Notes: generated by a model not told the origin, from the sequence alone. Numbered from the whole stretch's first letter, positions 23,581 to 35,812 are shown. The stretch: 62,091 nucleotides of DNA, filler included, from Globobulimina sp. (GCA_003354225.1; 28 parts of 28 records of this genome joined end to end with filler, not necessarily neighbours in it), one strand, 5' to 3'. Program-made: numbers and translations.

Positions 23581-23997
23581 ATGGTAACTCTGAACCTTAT
23601 ATTTTTTGTGAGTGTTCTGCACTGTAATTATGCATCATCTTCACCAACAACACAGAGTAGATTGATACCCTTACTCGATGAACCTTTTATTTTATTGGAA
23701 AATACAAGTACTGTAACTGTTAATTATAATAATAGCAACACAACCGATGGAACACGTACCCATACATGTTGTGTATGTCTGGAAGAAGAACCATTCCCTA
23801 CAATCAACGAATCAGAATTTAGACAAACATTTGAATTTTATTGCTTGCATGCATCAAATAGTGTGTGTCGCGCATGTTGGATGAGTTTGTTTAGAGGAAA
23901 TCCGAAACAACGACGATGTCCGTTATGCAGAGCGGAATCAAATAAAACAACAAAACAAGCCACACACTCACAACATGTTTATATTTATTGGAAATAG
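23581..23997 (+). CDS. RING-finger protein with hydrophobic N-terminus
   Basis: CCVCLEE...CLH....CRAC...CPLCR. Confidence 0.75.
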   Translation: MVTLNLIFFVSVLHCNYASSSPTTQSRLIPLLDEPFILLENTSTVTVNYNNSNTTDGTRTHTCCVCLEEEPFPTINESEFRQTFEFYCLHASNSVCRACWMSLFRGNPKQRRCPLCRAESNKTTKQATHSQHVYIYWK

Positions 23998-24446
23998 TAA
24001 TGACTTTATAAGTGATTGACAACCAAAATACAGTTGTTAGTATAAATTAATTTGGACAATCATGATCGTTCACGTTACCATAATTTTCTCTATCCACAGT
24101 CCACAGCAAGCGTTGTATGCATACATTCAGCAGTTTAAAAATTGTATCTAAACCAAGAAAAGAACTGCATAATAATCTCGATACAAAATAAATGTTGAGA
24201 CAAGGCAATTTTTGAGCTACATTTATTTTTTGTTTACATGCCAAACAGTGTAAATTTGTGTATACCAAATATGAACCACTCATGACTAAACGCTACAAAA
24301 AACTAAACGTGCCGTTAGGTATTTGGTTTTTATACTCTGCATATAANNNNNNNNNNNNNNNNNNNNNNNNNNNNNNNNNNNNNNNNNNNNTTAATTAATT
24401 AANNNNNNNNNNNNNNNNNNNNNNNNNNNNNNNNNNNNNNNNNNNN

Positions 24447-24480
24447 CTTAACTGCGATTTAACTGCGACTTAACTGCGAC
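24447..24480. repeat. 11-bp tandem repeat (YTTAACTGCGA)x3 at contig start
   Basis: Read directly; truncated by the contig edge. Confidence 0.85.
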
Positions 24481-24643
24481 TGTGCATTATTTTGATTATT
24501 CTATTATTCTATTCTATAATAACTGTCCATATTCATTCATAATTGCCATAATTGCTATTAATACATTAATTACCGCATAAAATCTATTAATACTCATCTT
24601 CATACACTTCTTTTCATCTTCATAGTCATCAAGGACAAGGTTA

Positions 24644-25397
24644 ATGTTTATTATTACATTCTTCATTGCATTCTTAATGGCACATTCGAAAGTGTTGCAA
24701 TCACAACATCTTCATGATACTTATCCAAGCTCAAAACCAACAACATCACCAACAAGAGATTGCGCCAAACCAAATGAAGCAGGAATAACTTGTGATTGGT
24801 ACTTAGAATGTCTGGAGCAATGGAAACAATGTGGCAATGATGGCTATGCAATTGATTATGGATATTATTATTGTTCGAGATCTGAACAGTTTATTGATCA
24901 GTTTACAGTCGAAGGGAATCAGTGGGTGTATCAGGTTATGGAATGCTTACAAAATGCATTGGTGCCTTTGTTGTCGAAGGAAGCGGACAAAAAGTATGTG
25001 CTCTTTGTATACGTATGGGTTATGTGATAAATGTTATGTTACATTGACACACAGCACTTGTGAATATATCAATTCTTTTGCATTTGAAACACATCCAAAT
25101 TGTTATGTGAATGGAGCAATATCGGTTTGCGAAGTATGGAGAGATTGGTGGACTATTCTTAAGACAGTTTTTAGTGGATTATTATCAACGGAAGGTGGCA
25201 AACAAATGTTTGAGACCGTGTTTATGTGTAAAAACTTTTATAAATGGAAAGGAAAAATGATTCTGGAATGGGTTTTTGATGAATTTGAGGATGCTTTGCA
25301 AGAAGATGGAGAGGGTGCTGTTGATTGGGTGTATACGTATGACGTTTTTAAGAAGAATTTGAAGGATTATTTATATAAAAAATTGTTTGTAAATTGA
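24644..25397 (+). CDS. Secreted stanniocalcin-like cysteine-rich protein; intron 24994..25054
   Basis: Signal peptide; CDWYLECLE...CGNDGYAIDYGYYYC...W...CLQ...TC.....AFETHPNCY...C; the intron joins the frames. Confidence 0.72.
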
Positions 25398-26668
25398 CTA
25401 CTGCTAACTAACTATTTTCTGAGAGCTAATACTTAAAACTTCGAAGAACACTTAGTGCATTGCATGCTATAGAGTTTTTGCTTTTAGTTCATTTCCTCAA
25501 TGAACGCTTTGATAATTAAAGAAAAAAAAACTTTTGTAATTTATCTGTAAATTACTAGCTAGTGAGCATGGCGATCAGGCGATCAACCATTACGTCATTA
25601 TTTTTTGTATTATTAAGCTCATTGATTGGCTCAATAAATAGTACCTCATAAAATGTCACCGCCACAATGTGATGATAACAATGGCACTGTAAACAATTTC
25701 CCCAAACTTTAATGATTCTAATAATGTACCATTTACACCTGATTTAAATCAATTATGTTCATCAAATAAATATGTTTGTTTTGGAGAAGTGAATTTTAAA
25801 CAGTATATTTGTTTTGGAGAAGTGTTTGTTTTGTAATTTTGAAACTGTGCGTATATATCAATATTATTGTATAACACAAGAAAAGTGATAAACACCGACA
25901 TAGGACTGCCATATACATCGACACCGTCACATTCGGAAGAAAAAAAGCAAAAAGTCAGCCGAGAATACTTGCAGTGACAGCGACACCGAGTTGCAGAAGA
26001 AAGGAAAGATCAAAGAGAAGACCAGGAACATCTCCATTCTGGTCCTGGGCGATCCCAATGGTTTATATAAGTATTGAAAGCGCACTAAATCGCACAAGAA
26101 ACGGCTGAGACACACAAAAAAGTCGCAACGCACTCACTCGCAGTCGCAGTGCAATGCCAACGACACCGCGCTCCTTTCAGCATTAAGAACCGCCACCGAC
26201 TGAACTCATTCCCTCCCAACAACCACATTTATCAAAAGCAGTCGCCGCGTTCGCACGCGCAGCATTTGCTTCCAACAGTTCGCTGAGTGTCTCCATAAAG
26301 ATCTGAGTCTCTCCAATTTGCACGACACGAAGCTACTTTGACATTCTAAATCATAGTTACTTATATAGTGAAGCAGTCAAATCTTAGTGAAAATAGAAAG
26401 TTTAAATGTTGATTCATTAAATGAACTAAAAGCAAAAACTCTTATGAGCGTGTATTAATTAAAAGTACTCATTCCACACCTCTCTATGCATGTATATGCA
26501 ATCAAAAAGTCATTTGAAAAATAGTCCTCCACCTTCAATTGGGCAACTAGCTGAATCGGCCGAGCATTNNNNNNNNNNNNNNNNNNNNNNNNNNNNNNNN
26601 NNNNNNNNNNNNTTAATTAATTAANNNNNNNNNNNNNNNNNNNNNNNNNNNNNNNNNNNNNNNNNNNN

Positions 26669-27820
26669 CCTAACAATTTGCCCACGTTATGAAAGTAGAA
26701 TATTTTATTATAATTTATCACCTTCGGTACGCACAGTACGCAGAATAAGCTGCGGATATGAATGAATTTTTGCAGCGTATATATGTCGGTGAAATAACAC
26801 GAGATTTCGTCGTCGTATTCCAGCGGGTGGGCGTAGACGATGTTGCTCTCATACTTTGATAAAGAAAGTGTGCTTTTTGTTTCTTGTTTGCTGTGTTGTG
26901 CGCCGATGGCAATGGTCCACGACAAAGGGATAATGGCCACGGTTTGCCACGATTCTTTGCAAAATGGACAGATGGCATAGGGCCGCTTTTTGGTGTTGAA
27001 GTCGCAAAATACGCGCATGCGAATGGTGCATTTGGCGCAGACGTTGTTGTGGGCGCAGGGTACCACGGTCCGATAAGGGAACTCATGGAAGGGAGTACAG
27101 CAAACTGTGCACAACTCGTCGTTGATGGGGTAGTGTGGCGGCTCATTTTCGCCGTCTTTCGCATCTGTGGGGGATTTGGACTCAGTGTGGCTGTCACAGC
27201 GAAGGCCGGCGGTGAGGCTCGACTGTAAGATGCGCCATGATAAGATTTCGGAGTCGGCGGCGTTTGGATGGAAATCTAAGCGTTCCTTTTCGTGGTCGTC
27301 TGGGTACTCAAAAGTGACCCAAATGGATTGGAATTTGGCGAAGTGGTTAATGGAGCGTAGGCACTCAGTTTCCGATGGTTTGGAGTCGTAATCGTCGTTG
27401 GCAATGGCTTCGATGTCGAGGATGAGCGCGTGATCGCTGCCGCCATTTTCTATCCAATGGATTTCGATAAGGTCTCCTTTACGCGGCGCGGGAATGAACT
27501 GTACAATTATTAGAAAATGAATATTTGTGTGCAAGGATAAAAGAGATGGAAATGAAGGCCAACATCAGGTGAATGGAAAACAGATTTAGTGATTGTCCAT
27601 TTTACGTCGTTGTTGGTGAAGAGATTGATTTTATTTTCAGCGCCTTTGGCATCGGTATAGCGAACACGGGCATTCCCGAAATAATTACAATGGATTATAC
27701 GGACGGGGTCGTTTTGGGAACCGCCGGCATAGCAAATCTCCACAGTGTCGCCCTTCAATGGCAGTCGCGAGGAATCAACGGCAATTTGTTTGGATGGTGG
27801 TGGAAACTGTGCGTTATACG

Positions 27821-27865
<45 letters not shown>

Positions 27866-28524
27866 GGTGGTATGCTTGTGTTTGTGGTTGCGGTTTCTGC
27901 TCAATATTTGTTGAGGTTGTTACGGCGGATAAACTACGCACTATGTCCTGTGTGGTTTGTGTTTGTTTTTTATTTGAAACTATGGATTGTTTTTTTATAT
28001 ATTTTTAACTCGTTGTTGTGGAATTTCTTTCTTTTTCATTTTGGGATTGGAAGGTATTTGATTTTCAGTTTGAATCTGATTTATACGCTGTGATTCATCA
28101 TATTGTTGTCTTTTACGTTGAAAATAATCCGGGTTTTGTTCAATGTGTTGGCTGTTTTTTGCTTTTGGCTGCCATTTATTTCCTTTATTATCGTAAAATT
28201 GGTTGGCATTATTCTCAATGGTTGGTTTTTCTTTTTCTTTTTCTTTGTCAATGTGTTTTTCAATTAATTGCCATTCTGAGTTGTTTGTATTATTATATTT
28301 ATGCATTAATTTATAACAGATTCAAAACATGAATGCATACCAAATGGTAGCTGGCCATGATCGAATTGAAACTCTTCAATATCATTGTTGTCCAGATATT
28401 GTATGGTAATCGATTCATTTGTGATTGATTCGACTTTGATTCTTTCCTTTGTATGACTCGACAACCATTTTATTTCAATAATATCAGAGGCTGACGGATA
28501 CTTTGCAGCAACGGACGCCGCCAT
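26669..28524 (-). CDS. ZNF598/Hel2-like RING E3 ligase with three N-terminal Tudor-like barrels; introns 28276..28340, 27948..28009, 27499..27563; 3'-partial
   Basis: All three GT-AG introns preserve frame; RING CTVCC...CAHNNVCAKCTIRMRVFC...CPFCK followed by FCVLC...F....L. Confidence 0.75.
27823..27864. repeat. (ATT)n microsatellite encoding poly-Asn on the minus strand
   Basis: Read directly; lies within exon 3 of the RING gene. Confidence 0.95.
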
Positions 28525-28561
28525 TTAACAGCTGACGTTTTTGGTGAGAAAGTTGTGAAAT

Positions 28562-28789
28562 GTGAATAAAATGGAACAATGCGTGACAAGTCTTGTTGAA
28601 GATATTGGCATAAACTTAGACACTGAACATATCTTCGAAAATAAGGAGCAATGCAAACAAGATGTTATAATAAAATGTAAATCAGCGCAACGAATCAAAC
28701 TTATCCTCGAGAAATTCAATCACATTTCACAAAATAATATGGTCAGTGAGCGCGAGGATAGACTGCAAGAATTAATACAGGATATATTT
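28562..28789 (+). CDS. Hypothetical protein, 3'-partial
   Basis: ORF open to the contig end, divergent from the RING gene; C......C.S..RI..IL pattern. Confidence 0.45.
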
Positions 28790-28889
28790 NNNNNNNNNNN
28801 NNNNNNNNNNNNNNNNNNNNNNNNNNNNNNNNNTTAATTAATTAANNNNNNNNNNNNNNNNNNNNNNNNNNNNNNNNNNNNNNNNNNNN

Positions 28890-30915
28890 TGCATTCATTT
28901 CGCCTCATCGTCGCTGAAATGGAACGATTATGACTGCAACAATGCTTTTCAATTTCTATGTAATTATCCAAAATATTTCTATGTAGTAAACGATAATATT
29001 AAACATAAAAGACATCCAATTTCATCATATTCCATTGGAACAATTAATATTTTGGATGAACTTATTATAACTTTTGATTTTATCATATATTCCTATAATA
29101 GCAATATAACCGCATCGTTGTTATCTATATACAATGTGATGACAAATAAATTGTTACCAGACATTGCTTTGGATACTTCCACACAAAGTTTGTCGGTAAA
29201 CTTTAATGGTAACATACGTTCCTCAGCTAACAATGCATTAACATTCGATATTTTGCATCATTTTGAATTGCATGCTACACAGAATAGTCTAATATCAATG
29301 ATTGATAATTCAACAATACACAATGACAACAATATTGCATCGCACGTTCTCTATCAAAATCAAAATATTTACGTAAATGGTCCATTGAATGGATATATAA
29401 CAAATTTGAACATTGCAACCAGTAATTCATATATTACTCCATTTAATTATCTCTGTGATTATAACAATCGATTCAGTGCATTTCGAGGTTCCTGGTCCTA
29501 TGACGAGTCAAATTGTCGCGTTGAACAAAGATTAGGTTATTCAGTAGAGGCCTACTCAATGATTACCTGGTTAGGAGATATAGATTCAACTTCTATGGAT
29601 TGGACTGATTATAAAATCGAAATTGTAGTTAATGTCCAATCCGGCACAGAAGCCGGACTTATATTTCGTGCACACGCTGAGTTCCAATATTATTCTTGCA
29701 CTGTAAATCCAACTGACGGAGGTATATATTCTTTGTTAATTGTCACATGAAATATGTTTTATTTTGTTATTCAAAAAATTAAAAGTTATTTGTGGCGTAA
29801 TCAAACCAGATTGGACAATGTTAAACACCCAATACACTCAAATTGATTATTATACAGACACTACACTACGAATTGAAGCAATATCCGATTCATTTGCTAT
29901 TTATGTAAATAATGAGTATTTTTTTACAATGAATCATGGTGCATTTAGTTCGGGAAGCATTGGTTTAATGACATGGCAAGGAACTGCAATATATAAATCT
30001 GTTAGAATTATATTTCCGAATAATAATAATGCGATAACTTTCAATCCGACAATATCTCCAACCAATAATCCAACCGATCAACCGACTGATAATCCAACAT
30101 TTAATCCAACTTTTATTCCGACAGTATTCCCAACAAATAATCCAACACAACAACCAAGCACTGCACTACCAACCACAGCAAATCCAACATCAAATCCTAC
30201 AAATAATCCAACAACATCTCCAACCTATTTACCAACAAATAATCCAACATATTTGCCAACAAATAATCCAATAACAATGTCGCCGACATGGCTACCAACG
30301 CAAACTACAGAAATAACAAATAAAATTAATAAAAAATATGCAACTGATAGAGACACAATGTATTTCGCAATATATGGTGTTATTTGTGGTTTGATATTGG
30401 TAGTTTGTGGAATAACTATTTTTATGATGTATAAAATAATAAAAAATAATTCAAAAAAAAGAAAAACAAATATTAAGAACGTTCTGTCTGTATCATCCAC
30501 ATCAATCCCAATGAATGCTGTGGCGTTTAATAAAATGAATACTGTGACAGATGAGAGTAGACTCAGTAGAGATCATTTTGGAAATATTTTAAGTGAGTTA
30601 GTTGTTGGTAATGCCATGGTAATGAAGGACAGAGTTAATATCATTATAAAAGAGAGTCCAATGCAATTACAACATGGGCAGTCACAGAATATTGAGCAAA
30701 TCGTAAAGCAGGTACAATATGATGATGTTGTTGAAATGATAGAAATGGATAATACGCGCAATTGTAATATGAAAGACAGTGCAGAAGGAACAAATCCAGA
30801 GATAACAGATCCTGAAGGGACAGATGAAGGGACAGATGAAGGAACAGACCCTGAGGGATATGGAACTGATCCATACGATGATATCTTTGATGATAAAGTG
30901 TCGACTTACAAATAA
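28890..30915 (+). CDS. Type I membrane protein: concanavalin/LamG-like beta-sandwich, PTxx mucin-like stalk, TM helix and acidic tail; intron 29722..29785; 5'-partial
   Basis: WTDYKIE...AGLIFRA...LRIEA....IYVN...SGSIGL; many (N/S)PT repeats; TM segment FAIYGVICGLILVVCGITIFMMY. Confidence 0.8.
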
Positions 30916-31110
30916 CTATATATTTATTGTTCTAATTGTACAACGTGATAAAAACGATAAAAAAAAGGTTTCTTGAACAAATAAAAGCTGTACATGGCTC
31001 TTTACCAAAANNNNNNNNNNNNNNNNNNNNNNNNNNNNNNNNNNNNNNNNNNNNTTAATTAATTAANNNNNNNNNNNNNNNNNNNNNNNNNNNNNNNNNN
31101 NNNNNNNNNN

Positions 31111-32345
31111 ATGGCAACATTTAAACGATCGGCTGTTTAATTTTACAAATTCCGTCATTAATTCCACCATTTCTTCATATCTCTCTGCTGATTCACAAAC
31201 TTTTGCCAGTCTCTCCAACTCATTTGGATCGCAAATAAAATCTAACACACCAATAATGCGGCAATATCTTGCTATCTCTTCATACAATTCATTGGGAAAC
31301 GTTTTTAGTATTCCTCCATTATGATTCATTTCAAATTCTTCAAACAACCAAACATTTATTACTTTGACGGTTAAACTCTCTTCAAATAATTTATTCATTT
31401 TGCCTTTTTTACCATTTATATTTGGTTGGGATAGGCTCGATTTTATTGCCTGTTTTCGCTGGAAATATACTGTTTGTTTTTCAACTTCATAGGATTTGAA
31501 TGTTTGCTGATGGTCACACTTTGATTCGTCAATGCTAATAAGTTGAGAGGAATACATAATATCTGAACGTATGCAGTATTTAAATATATTCCCTCCATTC
31601 TCGTTTCCATTGTTTAATACAACGGAGCCTTCGTGAAATAATTCTTTTTGTTCAAATAGTAAAACCATTCCAGTTTGAGGCTTAATTGAATGTGTTTTTT
31701 GTTGATTGGTTGGATGCAGAAATGTGATTTCACCGCCATTATAATTATCATTTAAATATATTAAAATCGTAATTAATGATCGCTGTCCATTATTTCTAAT
31801 GTTTGTAATTGTATATTAAAGAAAACACAAAAAAGATATATGAATTAACCTCATATACATTCCATCATAATGAGCACCGAAATACTGCGAAGGAGCATAT
31901 CGTAGAAACCGTAATCTTTCGTTGATGTCGACCATCTTTCGGTTGTCAAATTGCTTTGGAATGACAGATTTTATTCGATTAAAAATATAATCTGCAATTT
32001 TTGGATTATCAAAAGTTAATTTTTTATGGTTTCTGAATAATTTCATTGTTTCGGTGTGTCCAAATCCTAAATTTACCAAAGCATCTTTGTAACCGATATT
32101 TTCGCTCAGTTCTATCAATTCTTTGCATTCTGCTTCACTGTGTTTAATATCATTTGCGTTATAAATCATATAAAGTTAAACATTTCATGTACAAACCTGA
32201 ACGCGTTGGGTATTACTACAACATATTTATCCTTTAACGATGGTATTCCAATTTGAATACCGCGTGCAGTCAATTTGGGTCCACTAACTTCATTTTCTTG
32301 CATAAAAGAAGGGACTAAACAGCTTGTTCCTGATGCTTCCGCCAT
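31111..32345 (-). CDS. 2OG-Fe(II) oxygenase (prolyl 4-hydroxylase-like) fused to a 14-3-3-like domain; introns 32138..32196 and 31796..31849; 3'-partial
   Basis: FSEAECKELI, LRFLRY....FGAHYDG, TILIYLN...GGEITF, P.TGMVLLF...HEG, KY.IRSDIMY, then in frame LAKVCESAERYEEMV. Confidence 0.85.
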
Positions 32346-32418
32346 GTTACTTTCACAGTTTTGGTGATCGCGTTGATTATTTAAGCTCTTCAAACAAAAA
32401 CTCTACGTTGATGTCTTG

Positions 32419-33231
32419 ATGACAGAAACCGGCGCAAATTCAGGCAAAGTGACAGTGAAACAGTCGAAATGTTTGTTGACAGCAAAGAAGAAAGAAGAAA
32501 TATCTTCCTCATTATCCTCAAATGAAGCACCAATCAAACAATCAGAACCTACTCGTTGGGTTGTATTAGGATTATTGTGTGTCGTTATTTATTCATTTGT
32601 TTACTGGTATGATATAATATATATGTTCAGAAGAAATCCTTTATTTTGATGTTTTGACACATGCACAGTTACGATAATCCATTTGCGATTCAAAATCAAT
32701 TAATTGATGATTTTGGTTTAACACAGACCCAATACAACTTATTATATGGCATCTATGGTTATATCAATATGGTAGCACCATTTATTGCCGGCTTAATGGT
32801 GGACTGCATTGGCATTAATAGCTCGACACTAATATTTTACATATTTATTGTGTTTGGACAAACTGCATTTATAATATCTGCCTTTGACAAAATTTCCTCG
32901 TATCCATTGATGCTGATTGGCCGTTCCGTGTTTGGTGTCGGCGCTGAACAGTTTCATTTATCGCGAAAGTGGTTGTTATATGAATATTTTACTGGCACTG
33001 AATATTACTTTGCGTCTGGCTTATCACTGTCATTCAGTCGGTTGGGCTCCGCCTCGCAATCCTATGTTTCGACAATAATGTATGACAAATATGGCACTGT
33101 AGTCGCTGTGCTAACCATTGGATGGATATTGGTGGTGATGTCCTTGATTTTATTACTTTTGTTTTTGTGCTTGCAAAAGAAATGTCTGCCTAGCTCGCAA
33201 TTGGCAAAAAGTGAGGACATTGGCAGAGGTA
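32419..33231 (+). CDS. MFSD1: MFS transporter, MFSD1-like; intron 32607..32668; 3'-partial
   Basis: RW..L...Y(C)YDNP.A.Q, YNLLY.IY...N, G..VD..G, GR.VFG.G.E. Confidence 0.8.
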
Positions 33232-33331
33232 NNNNNNNNNNNNNNNNNNNNNNNNNNNNNNNNNNNNNNNNNNNNTTAATTAATTAANNNNNNNNNNNNN
33301 NNNNNNNNNNNNNNNNNNNNNNNNNNNNNNN

Positions 33332-33481
33332 AATGAGGTGGCGGAGATTTAAACTTTTTTTATTTGAGTCAATTTTTTGATTCGCCGAAATGCGATTTGG
33401 TCAGCTGCAACACTCAAAACTGTGGCAGAATTAATACATAATAAAATTGTTGAATTGCAACAAAAAGAAGAAGAGATTGAG
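33332..33481. repeat. Diverged direct repeat, copy 1 (copy 2 at about 34737..34930)
   Basis: Shared blocks aatgaggtggcgg, ttttttgattc(g/a)ccgaaatgcgat, tttggtcagctgc, gcagaattaata and caacaaaaagaagaagagattgag. Confidence 0.85.
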
Positions 33482-34247
33482 GTTACTGTTGTTTGTGTGT
33501 AATTTGAAAGTAATAATATAATCGAAACTTTGTTATAATCCGAAATTGCGACAACATATGCGAAGCAAAAGCGCTTTTAAAATTTATTTTTATCCTTGCA
33601 CTAAATAAACACAATCCAAATAACAAGAATATCTTTATTATAGGTTCGATTTTTTTGTATTATCCTCATTGACATTATTAAACAGATTATAAATTTATAT
33701 CGAATATACGTTTGTTTTCGTGATTTTTAAATACAGCTTAAAAATAAATGTTTTTGTCCGTGATATATTAAAATCCGAGAATGTAAAGGACGAATAATAT
33801 CCTTTGGTTGGTATTATTGTATATCACTCGTTATGTGAATCCATAGAACCAATCACTTTTACCCTCCAAATCAATCGGCCTTTCCAGTTAATCCCTTGTC
33901 AGTTTTTTGAAATACTGAACAACGAAAAACAAAAGGAAGTATAGGTGCTATGCCCAAAATTATTGATGAAACCCAATCTTATTTTGTGTCAAGAAACTGT
34001 ATATAATATATGATTACCATAATGTTTCAACTTTTTTGGAAGGAGCCACAATTCGCGTAGGTTTTTCCTTGATTTCTTCTGAAGGCATGCTCGTAAGCTA
34101 GGTTTTTAGAAACATCATGCAAATAATACACTGTTGCAACACTCCGAAACGTCAACGTAATTATTGACATCAATTAAATATTGTCAGGTTGAAAAAGAAT
34201 TTAATTCAATGGAAAATCAGAGAAAACAACACAATAACAAACAACTA

Positions 34248-34679
34248 TCATCGTAATGATTTTGTAAATTTACAGATGTTAATGTTCAAAAATATACGCA
34301 ACATTATTACACCACAACACAATCCCCAAAAAGGCCATGGTGCATTATCTCCATCTTTAGTGATATATATAATTATCACGCAAACAAACAAAATAATTAA
34401 TGATAACGTCGCGGCAATTGATGAAACCAAAAATGTTTTCGAAACAAATGTTTTTGTTTTTACATAACAGGTAATAACACCACAAATAACCGCGATACCA
34501 CTTATCACCGACTGCAATGCTGTTTGAATGAGAAAGTTTGTTTTTTGTGGAGTTAAGTTGCCTAAACCAATTATACAACTCAACCATGCAAATCCTGCGA
34601 CAAATAATAAATCGCAAACAATGGATAAATAAACTCCACATTTTCCATTCTCTTTGTTTGCTCTGTTACTTTTTAACAT
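34248..34679 (-). CDS. Multi-pass membrane protein, possibly truncated or pseudogenised
   Basis: Four hydrophobic helices; further hydrophobic segments with stops lie downstream (about 33880-34240). Confidence 0.5.
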   Translation of the reverse strand: MLKSNRANKENGKCGVYLSIVCDLLFVAGFAWLSCIIGLGNLTPQKTNFLIQTALQSVISGIAVICGVITCYVKTKTFVSKTFLVSSIAATLSLIILFVCVIIIYITKDGDNAPWPFWGLCCGVIMLRIFLNINICKFTKSLR

Positions 34680-35552
34680 ACTTTAATTTTTGAATTATTT
34701 GAATTCCGATTTGATATAAACGATGCTATTAAATTAAATGAGGTGGCGGTGATTTCACTTTTTATAATGAATTATTTTTTTGATTCACCGAAATGCGATA
34801 TACCGTACATAGATAGTTTTGGTCAGCTGCCAGCTGCAGAATTAATAACAGAAATTGGTTATTGGTCTGTTTGAATTACAGTACAAAAATAATTAATTGA
34901 ATTACAACAAAAAAGAAGAAGAGATTGAGTTGTTTGGTATACACAGTTGTGAAAAACAGCATATTTTGGGATTCTTATTAAGAGAAAAAAATCCAAATAT
35001 CCAATATTATACTATGGATTTGTCTAACACAAATATTAAAACAATTCTATCATAGTTTCCCTAGATTCGACAAGGTGGATCTTTATTTAAATTGCTATTT
35101 ACATTTGTATACGCCTGACTATAATATAAGGACACAAAAATAACAAACGTAAACTGTAAGTAAAGGGAAAATGTAAAAACACAAAAACTGTGTATACAAA
35201 GGGGGGGGGGGTGGTCTCTTCTCAAATTAAAAACCTTAACTAGTTGTTTATTATGTCATTTTGCATATCAATACTGTTGACATATTTCAGTATTTATTCG
35301 TTTAACTTAGTCAATTAAATATTGTCAGGTTCGTTTATACATATTTTCATAATCATTGTCGTTCATGTTTTAGGATCCATAGACTTTTGGGATTTTGGAA
35401 CTTTGCGATTCTTCTGTCTCGCTGCAGATAGAAACGTTTCTCAAGGTTTTGANNNNNNNNNNNNNNNNNNNNNNNNNNNNNNNNNNNNNNNNNNNNTTAA
35501 TTAATTAANNNNNNNNNNNNNNNNNNNNNNNNNNNNNNNNNNNNNNNNNNNN

Positions 35553-35687
35553 AGGGTCGTCTTCTGCGTCTTCATTAAATATTTGTTGGTAATCATTGGA
35601 ATGTTGCCTTTCAACTGGACCCGGTGCCTCCATATCATCCAAGTCCGTGTCATTTGCATGTTGTGGTGGTTCTTTTTGCTCTGCCAT
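35553..35687 (-). CDS. N-terminus of a hypothetical protein, 3'-partial
   Basis: MAEQKE... start, open to the contig edge, divergent from the NAD kinase. Confidence 0.45.
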
Positions 35688-35812
35688 CAATTACAATGAA
35701 CACGATATGGAGAAAAAAAATGATAAAGCACAACGTTTTTACAATCAAACTAAAACAAAAACCAAGAATACTAACAGTATAATTGCCACACGCATTAGTT
35801 TTATGACAGGCA

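Noticed and set aside
27745-28093. Poly-Leu, poly-Tyr and poly-Ile ORFs
   Set aside because: Alternative frames of the (ATT)n microsatellite that encodes poly-Asn on the minus strand
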